Assembly (NCBI GenBank): GCA_026390695.1
Contig: JAPLFL010000101.1
Coordinates: 3,674 to 67,673, forward strand
DNA from: Candidatus Kapaibacterium sp.
Lineage (GTDB): Bacteria; Bacteroidota; Ignavibacteria; Kapaibacteriales; UBA2268
DNA: 64,000 nucleotides
Direction of reading: 5' to 3'
This document shows, in pieces, positions 9,911 to 19,500 of this stretch (its first letter is position 1; the number at the start of each line of letters is the position of its first letter). The notes under the pieces are model-generated. The model worked only from the letters and a program-made list of their open reading frames with translations, ran no database searches and was not told the DNA's origin. Position numbers and translations under genes: made by a program.

Positions 9911-12663
9911 AAATATTAACTCTATTCCCATTACGCATCACAATACCATTATTTTTATTAATAACAGCGCTGGTTCTACTTGTTTTAACCGTTGAAAATA
10001 ATCTTCGTATATCTAATAAATATCTTGAAGAAAATGGAATTACTACACATATTCATGATATGACTATTTATCAGGGTATTTTCAATAATCTATTCCGTAA
10101 AGGCGATATTGAAGGCATTCAAGCTATTATAGCAGATATGGGATCGGAACCAAATTTAATTCATATTGCTTTGTTTGATCAATCTAACAAGATACTTTAT
10201 AGTAATGACTCTCATATTATCGGTAAATTAGTGCACGAAGTATTTGAAACAATTAACTTACAAACAATAGCGGATTGCAGGAAAAGCGGACGCGGGATTG
10301 TTTCGCTTTCAAGCACAGGTGATACTATTTCTGCCAACTATCCAATACTTATACACCCTCAAATTGAAGAAATGAAGCAAACTTCAGTTGCCGTGCTCCA
10401 CGTTTGTGTTGATCTATCAACTCCAAAAGCAAAGCTAAGATATGAAACATGGCAGCAACACTTTGTTTATATTATATATTCTATCATTATCTTCGTTATT
10501 CTCGGCTACTTATTACGTTTTGTTGTTTCCAAAAGAGCTGCCGAGCTTGTTGCAACTTCCCATAATTTCTCCGAAGGCGATCATTCCGTCCGCTCAAAGC
10601 TGCAAGGCAATGATGAACTTGCCCGAATTGCTTTTGCAATGAATCAAATGTTCGATCAAATCATTGCAAACCAAAACAAACTTAGCGAAAGCCAGCTTAA
10701 ATATCGGCAATTATTTGATAGCATCATGGATTCCTTCGTCCGAATGACGATTGACGGTAATATATTAGAATGTAACCCTTCTTTTGAGCTTATGTTGGGC
10801 TATTCACACGATGAAATCACAAATCTAACAAGTAAATCCATTACCCCTGATAAATGGTGGAAGATTGATTCCTCTTTCTTGCATGAAGAAATTCTTCCAT
10901 TCGGTTTCTCATCTGTTTATGAGAAAGAACTAATCAAGAAAGACGGCTCCGTAATCCCTGTTGAGCTTCGCACATTCAGTATAAGCAACGCTGTAAGCGG
11001 ACAATTATCGCTTTGGAGCATTGTTCGCGATATTACAGAGCGGAAAAAGACTGAACTAATTCTTCAGGAAAGTGAAACAAAGCTCCGTGCCATTTTTGAA
11101 AGCTCACGTTACGCTATCGGTGTTTCACTAAAAGGTATCCATGTCCTTGCAAACCCGTCCTATCTCAAATTATTCGGCTATGATAACATTGATTCCCTTA
11201 TCGGAACCTCTATTTTGGATAATATTGCTCCTGATTTCCAAAATGATATTATGCAAAAGATTCAATTAAGAGCAGCAAACAAGAATTTACCTTCTTTTTA
11301 CGAAACTCGTGGCCGACGAAACGATGGACATGAGTTTGATATGGAAGTTAATGTTTCGTCATACAATCTCCAAAACGAAAAATTCACTCTCGTTACTATT
11401 CGCGACATCACCGAACGCAAGAATTCCGAAGAATTACTCTTAGAACAGAATAAAAATCTTGAGGCGCAGTATGAAGAATACATGATTCTCAATGAAAAAC
11501 TTCGTATTATCAATTTTGATCTCGAAGCAGCAAAAGGAAAAGCCGAAGAAAGCGACAAATTAAAAACCGCATTCCTGCAAAATATTTCTCATGAGATTCG
11601 CACACCTCTCAATGGCATCATCGGATTCTCTAATTTACTTAATGAAGCTGATGTCTCCAAAGATGAAATCACAGAATATTCCTGCGTAATCAAACAAAGC
11701 GGTAAAAGATTAATTGAAATCGTTAATAATGTTATTGATATTTCTAAAATAGAAACAGGAATGATCGAATTAAACATCCAATCCTTTTCTCTAAATGCAC
11801 TTATCGAAGACCTATATGAATTTTTCCTGCCGATGGCAGAACTAAAAAGCCTCAAATTGAATTATATCATTCCCCAAAATAATGAAAGCTCAATTGTATC
11901 GGATGAATCCAAAATTGTTCAGATTCTTACCAATCTTATAAATAATGCAATCAAATTTACATTTGCCGGATCCATTAATTTTGGTTATAAAATCATAGAT
12001 GAACTTATACTTTTCTTCGTCGAAGACAGCGGAATCGGGATACCGGACGGTATGAACAATAGAATATTTGAACGATTCGTTCAGGTTGACCTTTCAATCA
12101 CCAGAGGATACGAAGGAGCCGGTCTCGGACTTGCAATAAGTAAAGGTCTTGTGGAATTATTGGGTGGTTATATTAGTTTTAAATCTGAACTAAACAAGGG
12201 AACTAAGTTTGAATTTTCAATTCCCTATTCCCCAATTCAGAAAACAAATAAACAAGAATCTCTGACAAAAGAAATAAGTATAGAATCCAATATTGAAGCT
12301 AAGATTTTGATTGCCGAAGATGATTTTACAAGTTTTAGGCTATTACAAACAAGTTTAAAAAATAAGAATTACGAACTTATATTAGCTGAAAATGGCCAAA
12401 AAGCTGTTGAAATGGTATTACATAATTCGGATATCGATATTGTATTTATGGATATAAGAATGCCAGTAATGGATGGCTTTGAAGCAACGAGACAAATCAA
12501 AAAATTACGCCCTCAATTGCCTGTTATAGCTCAGACAGCTTATGCTTTTAGCGAAGAAAAGATGCAAATAATGACAGCAGGATTTGACGATTACATTTCA
12601 AAACCTATTGATTTAAATAAAATTAAATTCCTAATCGAGAAATTCGTAAATAAACAAAAGTAA
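9907..12663 (+). CDS. Hybrid sensor histidine kinase with TM sensor region, HAMP, about 3 PAS domains, HisKA, HATPase_c and a C-terminal receiver.
   Basis: H-box SHEIRTPLNGIIGFSNLL; DSGIGIP and GAGLGLAISKG; receiver ILIAEDD...DIVFMDIRMPVMDGFEATRQIKK. Confidence 0.9.
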   Translation: MKILTLFPLRITIPLFLLITALVLLVLTVENNLRISNKYLEENGITTHIHDMTIYQGIFNNLFRKGDIEGIQAIIADMGSEPNLIHIALFDQSNKILYSNDSHIIGKLVHEVFETINLQTIADCRKSGRGIVSLSSTGDTISANYPILIHPQIEEMKQTSVAVLHVCVDLSTPKAKLRYETWQQHFVYIIYSIIIFVILGYLLRFVVSKRAAELVATSHNFSEGDHSVRSKLQGNDELARIAFAMNQMFDQIIANQNKLSESQLKYRQLFDSIMDSFVRMTIDGNILECNPSFELMLGYSHDEITNLTSKSITPDKWWKIDSSFLHEEILPFGFSSVYEKELIKKDGSVIPVELRTFSISNAVSGQLSLWSIVRDITERKKTELILQESETKLRAIFESSRYAIGVSLKGIHVLANPSYLKLFGYDNIDSLIGTSILDNIAPDFQNDIMQKIQLRAANKNLPSFYETRGRRNDGHEFDMEVNVSSYNLQNEKFTLVTIRDITERKNSEELLLEQNKNLEAQYEEYMILNEKLRIINFDLEAAKGKAEESDKLKTAFLQNISHEIRTPLNGIIGFSNLLNEADVSKDEITEYSCVIKQSGKRLIEIVNNVIDISKIETGMIELNIQSFSLNALIEDLYEFFLPMAELKSLKLNYIIPQNNESSIVSDESKIVQILTNLINNAIKFTFAGSINFGYKIIDELILFFVEDSGIGIPDGMNNRIFERFVQVDLSITRGYEGAGLGLAISKGLVELLGGYISFKSELNKGTKFEFSIPYSPIQKTNKQESLTKEISIESNIEAKILIAEDDFTSFRLLQTSLKNKNYELILAENGQKAVEMVLHNSDIDIVFMDIRMPVMDGFEATRQIKKLRPQLPVIAQTAYAFSEEKMQIMTAGFDDYISKPIDLNKIKFLIEKFVNKQK

Positions 12664-12690
12664 TTAGTTCATTTAAATCACCAAACCACC

Positions 12691-13908
12691 ATGAAAACAG
12701 AAAATATGACTTATGAAGAGCTTCTAAAATATAAATTAGCTCTCGATTCCTCAAGCGAATCCATATTCATCACTGCCCCGAATGGAATTATAACATACAT
12801 AAATCCTGCGTTCACCGATCTTTACGGTTATACCCCCGATGAAATAGTCGGCAAGCATACCCCAATTATTCTGAAGGGCGAAAAATCAAGTAAATTATAT
12901 AAAAAATTTTGGAAAAACATTGTTGAAGGAATGGCAGACAAATCCGAATACATGAATAAGACAAAAGATGGGAAGATATTGATTATTGAATCAACAACAA
13001 ACCCTTTTCTAAACGAGGAAAATCAATGCTTAGGGTTTATTTGCGTTCAAAGAGATGTGACAGACCGTAAAGATAGAGACGAAGAATACTCTTATTTGAT
13101 TTCGGAGCTAACTGTGTCAAGGGATATGATTGAAACAAACCTGTTTCAGACTAATGAATTGATAGAACAACTGTCTGAAACGCAGGAAGCCCTTGAAAAA
13201 ACTAATTCGGAGAAAGATAATTTCTTTTCAATTATTGCGCATGACTTGAAAAATCCGCTTGGAAACTTCAGAAATGTTACTGAGCTTTTGTCAGATTCTT
13301 ATGCAGACTTTTCGGAAAAAGATAGAATTGAGTTTATCGGATTAATGAACGATTCAGCCAAAAATATATATGCTTTACTCGAAAATTTATTAGAGTGGTC
13401 ACGTTCGCAAAGAGGGCAAATTCCGTTTCAGCCATTGTTATTTAATTTAAAAATGATGTCAATAGATATATTTAAATTAATGAAGCCGTCGGCAGATGCA
13501 AAAAATATAGAATTAATAAATCATATTCCGGTTAATTATGAGATAAATGCCGATCTAAATATGATAAATACAGTAATTAGAAATTTAATTTCCAATGCAA
13601 TAAAATTTACTCCGAATGGAGGAATGATTGAATTGGGATTAAAAAATATAAATGATAATAAGATTATGACGGAAGAATGTATATATATAAGGGATAACGG
13701 ATTAGGTATGAATAAGGAAATGTGTAATAAGTTATTCCGAATTGATACAAACGTAACTACTCCCGGAACAAATGCTGAAAAAGGAACAGGATTAGGGCTT
13801 ATATTATGTAAGGAATTTATTGAAAAGCACGGCGGAAAAATCTGGGTTGAAAGTGAGGAAGGCAAAGGAAGCACCTTTTATTTTACGATACCTAAAAGCA
13901 TAAAGTAA
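12691..13908 (+). CDS. Cytoplasmic PAS-domain sensor histidine kinase.
   Basis: PAS (ITYINPAFTDLYGYTPDEIVGK), H-box AHDLKNPLGNF, HATPase RNLISNAIKFTP...GTGLGLILCKEFIEKHGGKIWVES. Its kinase core is a close paralog of that at 14684-16429. Confidence 0.85.
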   Translation: MKTENMTYEELLKYKLALDSSSESIFITAPNGIITYINPAFTDLYGYTPDEIVGKHTPIILKGEKSSKLYKKFWKNIVEGMADKSEYMNKTKDGKILIIESTTNPFLNEENQCLGFICVQRDVTDRKDRDEEYSYLISELTVSRDMIETNLFQTNELIEQLSETQEALEKTNSEKDNFFSIIAHDLKNPLGNFRNVTELLSDSYADFSEKDRIEFIGLMNDSAKNIYALLENLLEWSRSQRGQIPFQPLLFNLKMMSIDIFKLMKPSADAKNIELINHIPVNYEINADLNMINTVIRNLISNAIKFTPNGGMIELGLKNINDNKIMTEECIYIRDNGLGMNKEMCNKLFRIDTNVTTPGTNAEKGTGLGLILCKEFIEKHGGKIWVESEEGKGSTFYFTIPKSIK

Positions 13909-13929
13909 ATTATTAAAAAGCCAATCAAT

Positions 13930-14200
13930 ACTTCAATAAAGCCTGTCATTCCTGCGGAAGCAGGAATCCCCAAAATAAACGAACCTGTCATTTCTGCAAA
14001 TGCAGGAATCCCCAAAATAAACAAGCCTGTCATTCCTGCGGATGCAGGAATCCCCATAATGAATAAACCTGACCATGCAACATAAACATGAAGCCAAAGA
14101 GAGAATCAAAAATGGGATTCCTGTATGCACAGGAATGACAGAAAAAATAGTGCTGTCATTCCTGCAGATGCAGGAATCCCCAAAATGAATAAACCTGACC
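13930..14200. repeat. Cluster of at least 5 copies of the GTCATTCCTGC(G/A)GA(A/T)GCAGGAATCCCC palindrome, including three 42-bp tandem units.
   Basis: Direct reading: CCTGTCATTCCTGCGGAAGCAGGAATCCCCAAAATAAACGAA repeats three times, followed by two inverted copies. Confidence 0.75.
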
Positions 14201-14377
14201 TTATAATAATGAAAAAAATAGCAAAACAAGGAAAAACAAATAAAATATATAAATAAATAAATATAAAAATGAAAATAACAGTCAATAGCATGCAATAGAA
14301 AAAACATAAATATATAATAATAAACAACTAATGAAGACAGGAAAAAATAAGAAATACAAAGGAAATCCAATAAATGA

Positions 14378-14526
14378 GCGCAGCGGAATTGTATTTAAGG
14401 ACAGCGGATTAGTATTTAAGGACAGCGGATATGTATTTAAGGACAGCGGATTTGTATTTAAGCGCAGCGGATTTGTATTTAAGGACAGCGGATTAATAAT
14501 TTAATGGAGCGGATTTGTATTAAAAG
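14378..14526. repeat. Tandem direct repeat, 7 x 21 bp, unit GACAGCGGATTTGTATTTAAG. It lies ~160 bp upstream of the GAF-PAS kinase gene.
   Basis: Seven consecutive near-identical 21-mers were read directly from the sequence. Confidence 0.85.
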
Positions 14527-14683
14527 AACTAATAATAAAAATAATGGATATAAAAACAAAAAATATGGAAATGGAATATAATAATAGAAATATAAAAAAA
14601 CAATAGTAAAAGAATAAGGAATAATAGATACAGAAAAAGAAAAAAATATACAGTTTATATACAAAATAAAAAGGGTAAGAATC

Positions 14684-16429
14684 ATGAAAAACATTATTAG
14701 CAGAAGAGAAGAAGAAAGAATAGCGGCATTAAAAAGCTATAATATCTTAGATACCTCTCCTCAAAAGATCTATGACGACATTACATTATTAGCATCTCAG
14801 ATTTGTGACACACCAATCTCTCTTATATCATTAATTGATGAAGATAGACAATGGTTTAAATCGAAGCAAGGTGTAGATGTGGAATCCACACCACGAGAGA
14901 TCGCATTTTGCGCACGGGCTATCGAGACTCCAGAGGAATTATTCATCGTTTCGAATGCAATGGAGGATGAACGATTTAAAAATAACCCATTAGTAACGGA
15001 ATACCCTTATATTAGATTTTATGCGGGCGCTCCACTTGTAACAAATGACGGTTATGCTTTAGGAACCCTCTGCGTTATAGATCGGGAGCCGCGTGTACTA
15101 AAACCGAAGCAGTTAGAAGCATTAACGGCGCTGCGCAATGGAATAGTAACTGCCTTTGAACTTGAACGGACTAACAGGTTTCTAAAAGAATCCGAAGAGA
15201 AGCAAAAGCAATTATTAGAGGAAACAGTGGAAAAAGACAATGCCACAAGATCAATTATCGAGTCTGCACCGAACGCAATGATTCTTATAGAAGCAAATGG
15301 AGTCATTAGAATGGTAAATATACAAACGGAAAAGATATTCGGCTATTTACGAGATGAAATTATTGGTAAGCAAATAGAAATATTACTCCCTCCGGAACAT
15401 TCTGACATCTTTATAAAGCTAAGAGAAACCTTTATAACCAAACCTTCTCACAAGGCAATAGGGTATGGCAGAACATTATATGGAATAAAGAAGGACGGAG
15501 TACGGTTCCCGATTGAAATAGGATTAAATCCTCTTTTAAATAAGGGGAAATTATGGATATTAGTATCAGTTATCGACATTAGTGAGCGGAAAAACCACGA
15601 TGAAAAGCAAAAAATATATCTTGAAGAATTAAAAGAGAAGAATGGAATCATAGAGCGCGGCTTAAATGAGAAACATGTATTAATCGGAGAACTGACTGAA
15701 GCTAAAGAAAAACTGGAAACTCTCAACGCAACAAAAGATAAGTTCTTTTCTATTATAGCGCATGACTTAAAAGGGCCATTAGGCAGCTTTAAACAAGTAA
15801 CTGAACTGTTAGCAGAATCATATTCCGAGTTTCCAGAGGAAGATAAAGTTGAATTTATCTTATTAATGAGTCAAGAATCAAAGAATTTATACTCTCTTCT
15901 TGAGAATTTACTTGAATGGTCACGGTCGCAGAGGGGGAATATCCCGTTTAACCCAGAGAAATTCAATTTAAAGATGATGTCAATCGAAATTATCAAACTT
16001 ATGAAGCCAACTGCCGAGAAAAAAAGGATTGAACTTATAAATCATATTCCCATTTCCTTAGATATAATAGCGGATGAAAACATGATAAACACAGTTATCC
16101 GAAATTTAATATCGAATGCCATTAAGTTTACACCCGATTGTGGAAGTATAGAACTGGGAATACGAGCTAAAACCACTGAGGAATTCAGTTCATCGGAGGA
16201 TTGTATTTTTATAAAGGACTCCGGGCTTGGTATGAGCCTTGAAACACGGGATAAATTATTCAGAATCGATACTCAGGTGACAACTCTCGGAACGAATTCG
16301 GAGAAAGGAACGGGTTTGGGATTAATTTTATGTAAGGAATTTATTGAAAAGCATAGTGGGAAAATCTGGGTAGAGAGTGAGGAAGGGGAGGGGAGTACAT
16401 TTTATTTCACAATACCAAGAAGAAAATGA
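14684..16429 (+). CDS. GAF-PAS sensor histidine kinase, paralog of the 12691-13908 kinase.
   Basis: N-terminal GAF-like region; PAS; H-box AHDLKGPLGSF; HATPase RNLISNAIKFTP...GTGLGLILCKEFIEKHSGKIWVES, near-identical to the 12691 gene. Confidence 0.85.
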   Translation: MKNIISRREEERIAALKSYNILDTSPQKIYDDITLLASQICDTPISLISLIDEDRQWFKSKQGVDVESTPREIAFCARAIETPEELFIVSNAMEDERFKNNPLVTEYPYIRFYAGAPLVTNDGYALGTLCVIDREPRVLKPKQLEALTALRNGIVTAFELERTNRFLKESEEKQKQLLEETVEKDNATRSIIESAPNAMILIEANGVIRMVNIQTEKIFGYLRDEIIGKQIEILLPPEHSDIFIKLRETFITKPSHKAIGYGRTLYGIKKDGVRFPIEIGLNPLLNKGKLWILVSVIDISERKNHDEKQKIYLEELKEKNGIIERGLNEKHVLIGELTEAKEKLETLNATKDKFFSIIAHDLKGPLGSFKQVTELLAESYSEFPEEDKVEFILLMSQESKNLYSLLENLLEWSRSQRGNIPFNPEKFNLKMMSIEIIKLMKPTAEKKRIELINHIPISLDIIADENMINTVIRNLISNAIKFTPDCGSIELGIRAKTTEEFSSSEDCIFIKDSGLGMSLETRDKLFRIDTQVTTLGTNSEKGTGLGLILCKEFIEKHSGKIWVESEEGEGSTFYFTIPRRK

Positions 16430-16550
16430 GAATTACTTATTTAATAGAATAAAATTATTTTAAATTGCATTGCTATTTTCATGTGAAAAAACATTAATTT
16501 TGTATTTCCGTTTTATTGAAATATTTTAACTTTATATATAAGGAACAGCC

Positions 16551-19500
16551 ATGAAAAAATACTCTGACATACTCTTGATTGAGCTTGTTCTACTATTCTT
16601 TTTAGTTATATCTTCCAAGCTCATTGCACAACCATGGGTTGAATCTCTGCCCCAGTCCGAAAGAAGCAACTTTAATTCAATTCAACAATCTTTTTATGAC
16701 TATGAAAAGCTGTTCGATGCCTCCCATCCTGAACCAATGAGCAAAACTAAGGGTTCCGGTTATAAGATATTTAAAAGATGGGAAAATTTCTGGCAGCCCA
16801 GAGTTTCCGCAGATGGCAGTTTCCCAAATTCAAATATCAATCAGACAGAACTGATCAAGTGGAATAAAAATAATCATAAGCAAAATAAAAATAATAAGCT
16901 TCAATCTGCCAACTGGGCTCCGATTGGGCCTTCAACAAGTTCCGGTGGCTATGCCGGCTTAGGCAGAGTAAACTGTGTTCGTGCTTTGGGAAGCGCTCCA
17001 AGCGTGATTTGGGCTGGTGCAGCGGCTGGAGGAGTTTGGAAAAGCCAAAATGGCGGCATATCATGGACTTGTATGCTCACAAATATTTCATCGCTCGGTA
17101 TTTCTGATATTGGCATTGATCCTACAAATTCAAATCATGTTTACATTGCAACCGGAGATAATGACCATAGCGATACCCGCTCAATCGGTGTTTACGAGAC
17201 TTCTGATGGTGGCGCCTCATGGAACCCGACTGGCTTATCATTTAATGAATCAAGTTATACTTTAATTTACAGGTTATTGATCCATCCGACTACTCCGAAC
17301 ATTATTTATGCTTCAACAAGTGTGGGTGTGTATAAAACTACTAATGGCGGCGTTAATTGGTCTAATATTTCATCTTATATTGGAAAAGACCTTGAGTTTA
17401 AACCTGGTGATCCCAATACGATTTATGGCTCATCAAATATTGTGTTCAGGACAACAGATGGAGGCACGAATTGGTCACAACTTACAACAGGACTGCCAAG
17501 TTCCGGTATCCAAAGAATAGCTATTGCAGTTACTCCGGCAAATTCGGCATATATTTATGCTTTAATCTCAAATGGTAATTCAGGATATTTGGGGATGTAC
17601 CGTTCTACCGATGCTGGCAATAACTGGGTATCACGGTCAACAAGTCCAAATATCCTCGACGGTACAACTAATGGTTCCGGTTCAGGTGGACAAGCTTGGT
17701 ATGATCTATGTATCGCTGTCTCAAATTCCAATGCTGAACTGGTTTTTACAGGTGGAGTAAATATTTGGAAATCAACAAACGGCGGACAGAACTGGACGAT
17801 TAATACTATGTGGTATGCTTACGGCTCATTGCCGACTGTTCATGCAGATCAGCATGAATTATTCTTTATTCCCGGAACAAGTACATTATTTAACGGAAAT
17901 GACGGTGGAGTTTACCGGACTACTGATTATGGTTCTTCGTGGACATGGATGGGAAATGATCTGCAGATTACTCAATTTTATAAATTAGGCATCACATCCA
18001 ATTCTCCGGTCATGGTTATCGCCGGTGCACAGGATAATGGAACAAAACTATATAATTCTGGCGCTTGGAATGATGTCAATGGTGGTGACGGAATGGAGTG
18101 TTTTATTGATTTTCAAAATAATTCCACAATGTACTGCACAACTCAAAACGGATCATTAAACAAATCAACTGATGGAGGAAATAACTTCTTTTCTATAAAA
18201 GGATCAATAGGTGAAAACGGAGCTTGGGTTACCCCATTTTTAATGAGTCCATCTAATAATAATGTCCTATTTGCGGGATTTGTAAATGTTTGGAGATCAG
18301 CAAATGGCGGAACTTCATGGTCAAAAATTTCAAGTTTCTCAGGAAGTTCCTTGAGTTTAGTTACGGTTGCTCCATCAAACGCAAATTATATCTGTGCCTA
18401 CGTAAGTTCCGTTATAAATAAAACTACAAACGGCGGAACAGCTTGGACAACAATAGCCTTACCTTTTGCTGGTAGTTTGACTGGTTTAATTTATAGTCAA
18501 ACCGATGCACAAAAGATGTGGGCAACATTTTCTGGTTATAGTTCCGGCAATAAAGTATTTTACTCTTCCGATGGCGGTAACAACTGGACAAATATATCGG
18601 CAAATTTGCCGAATGTCCCTGTCAATTGTGTAGTTTATCAGGAAGGGACTTCCGATATCGTTTTTGTCGGGACTGATATTGGTGTATTTACCTATGATCC
18701 TTCAATCGGGTCATGGCAAAGTTTCAGTGATAATATGCCAAGTGTAGTAGTTGATGACCTTGCGTATAATTATAATACAAATACACTTTATGCTGCAACT
18801 TTTGGCAGAGGAATCTGGTATAGTACAGTTCAGGTATCGCAGCCGATAAGTTCGTCAGTTTTGACGAGTTCCCTATGTTCCGGTACTTCTTTGAATGTCA
18901 ATTATCAGATTTATTCAACTTATAATAGCGGAAATATTTTCACAGCTCAGTTATCGGATGCAAGCGGGAATTTCACTTCTCCTGTAAATATCGGAACATT
19001 AACAACGACGAATGCAGGAACAATTAATGCAACAATACCGATAGCAACTTCAACCGGAACGGGATACAGAGTAAGAGTAACGTCTTCCAACCCGTCATCG
19101 GTTGGAACAAATAACGGATCGAATATTGCAATTTCTACTGCTCCAAATACTGTGATAAGAGGGAAAAATGTTGTTTGTAAGGGTGACATTATTACATTTA
19201 ATACAAGTGCTGCCAGTGGTGTAAATAATTTATGGTCTGTCACAAATGCTTTTGAATCAAGTTCAAATTATGATACAATCTACACTGTTCGTTTCAATAC
19301 TTTAGGTACTTGTAAAGTAAAACTAATTCAATCAGTGGGCACAAGTTGTTCTGACGCCGATTCGATGATTATTACAGTTTCTGAACGCCCTAATGCTTTG
19401 ATCAATGGAGAATTATCTGTTTGTAACGGATCGGAATCAATTTATACTTCAGCAGGAGCATCAGGATTTAACTCCACTTGGACAATAAACGGCGGAATAA

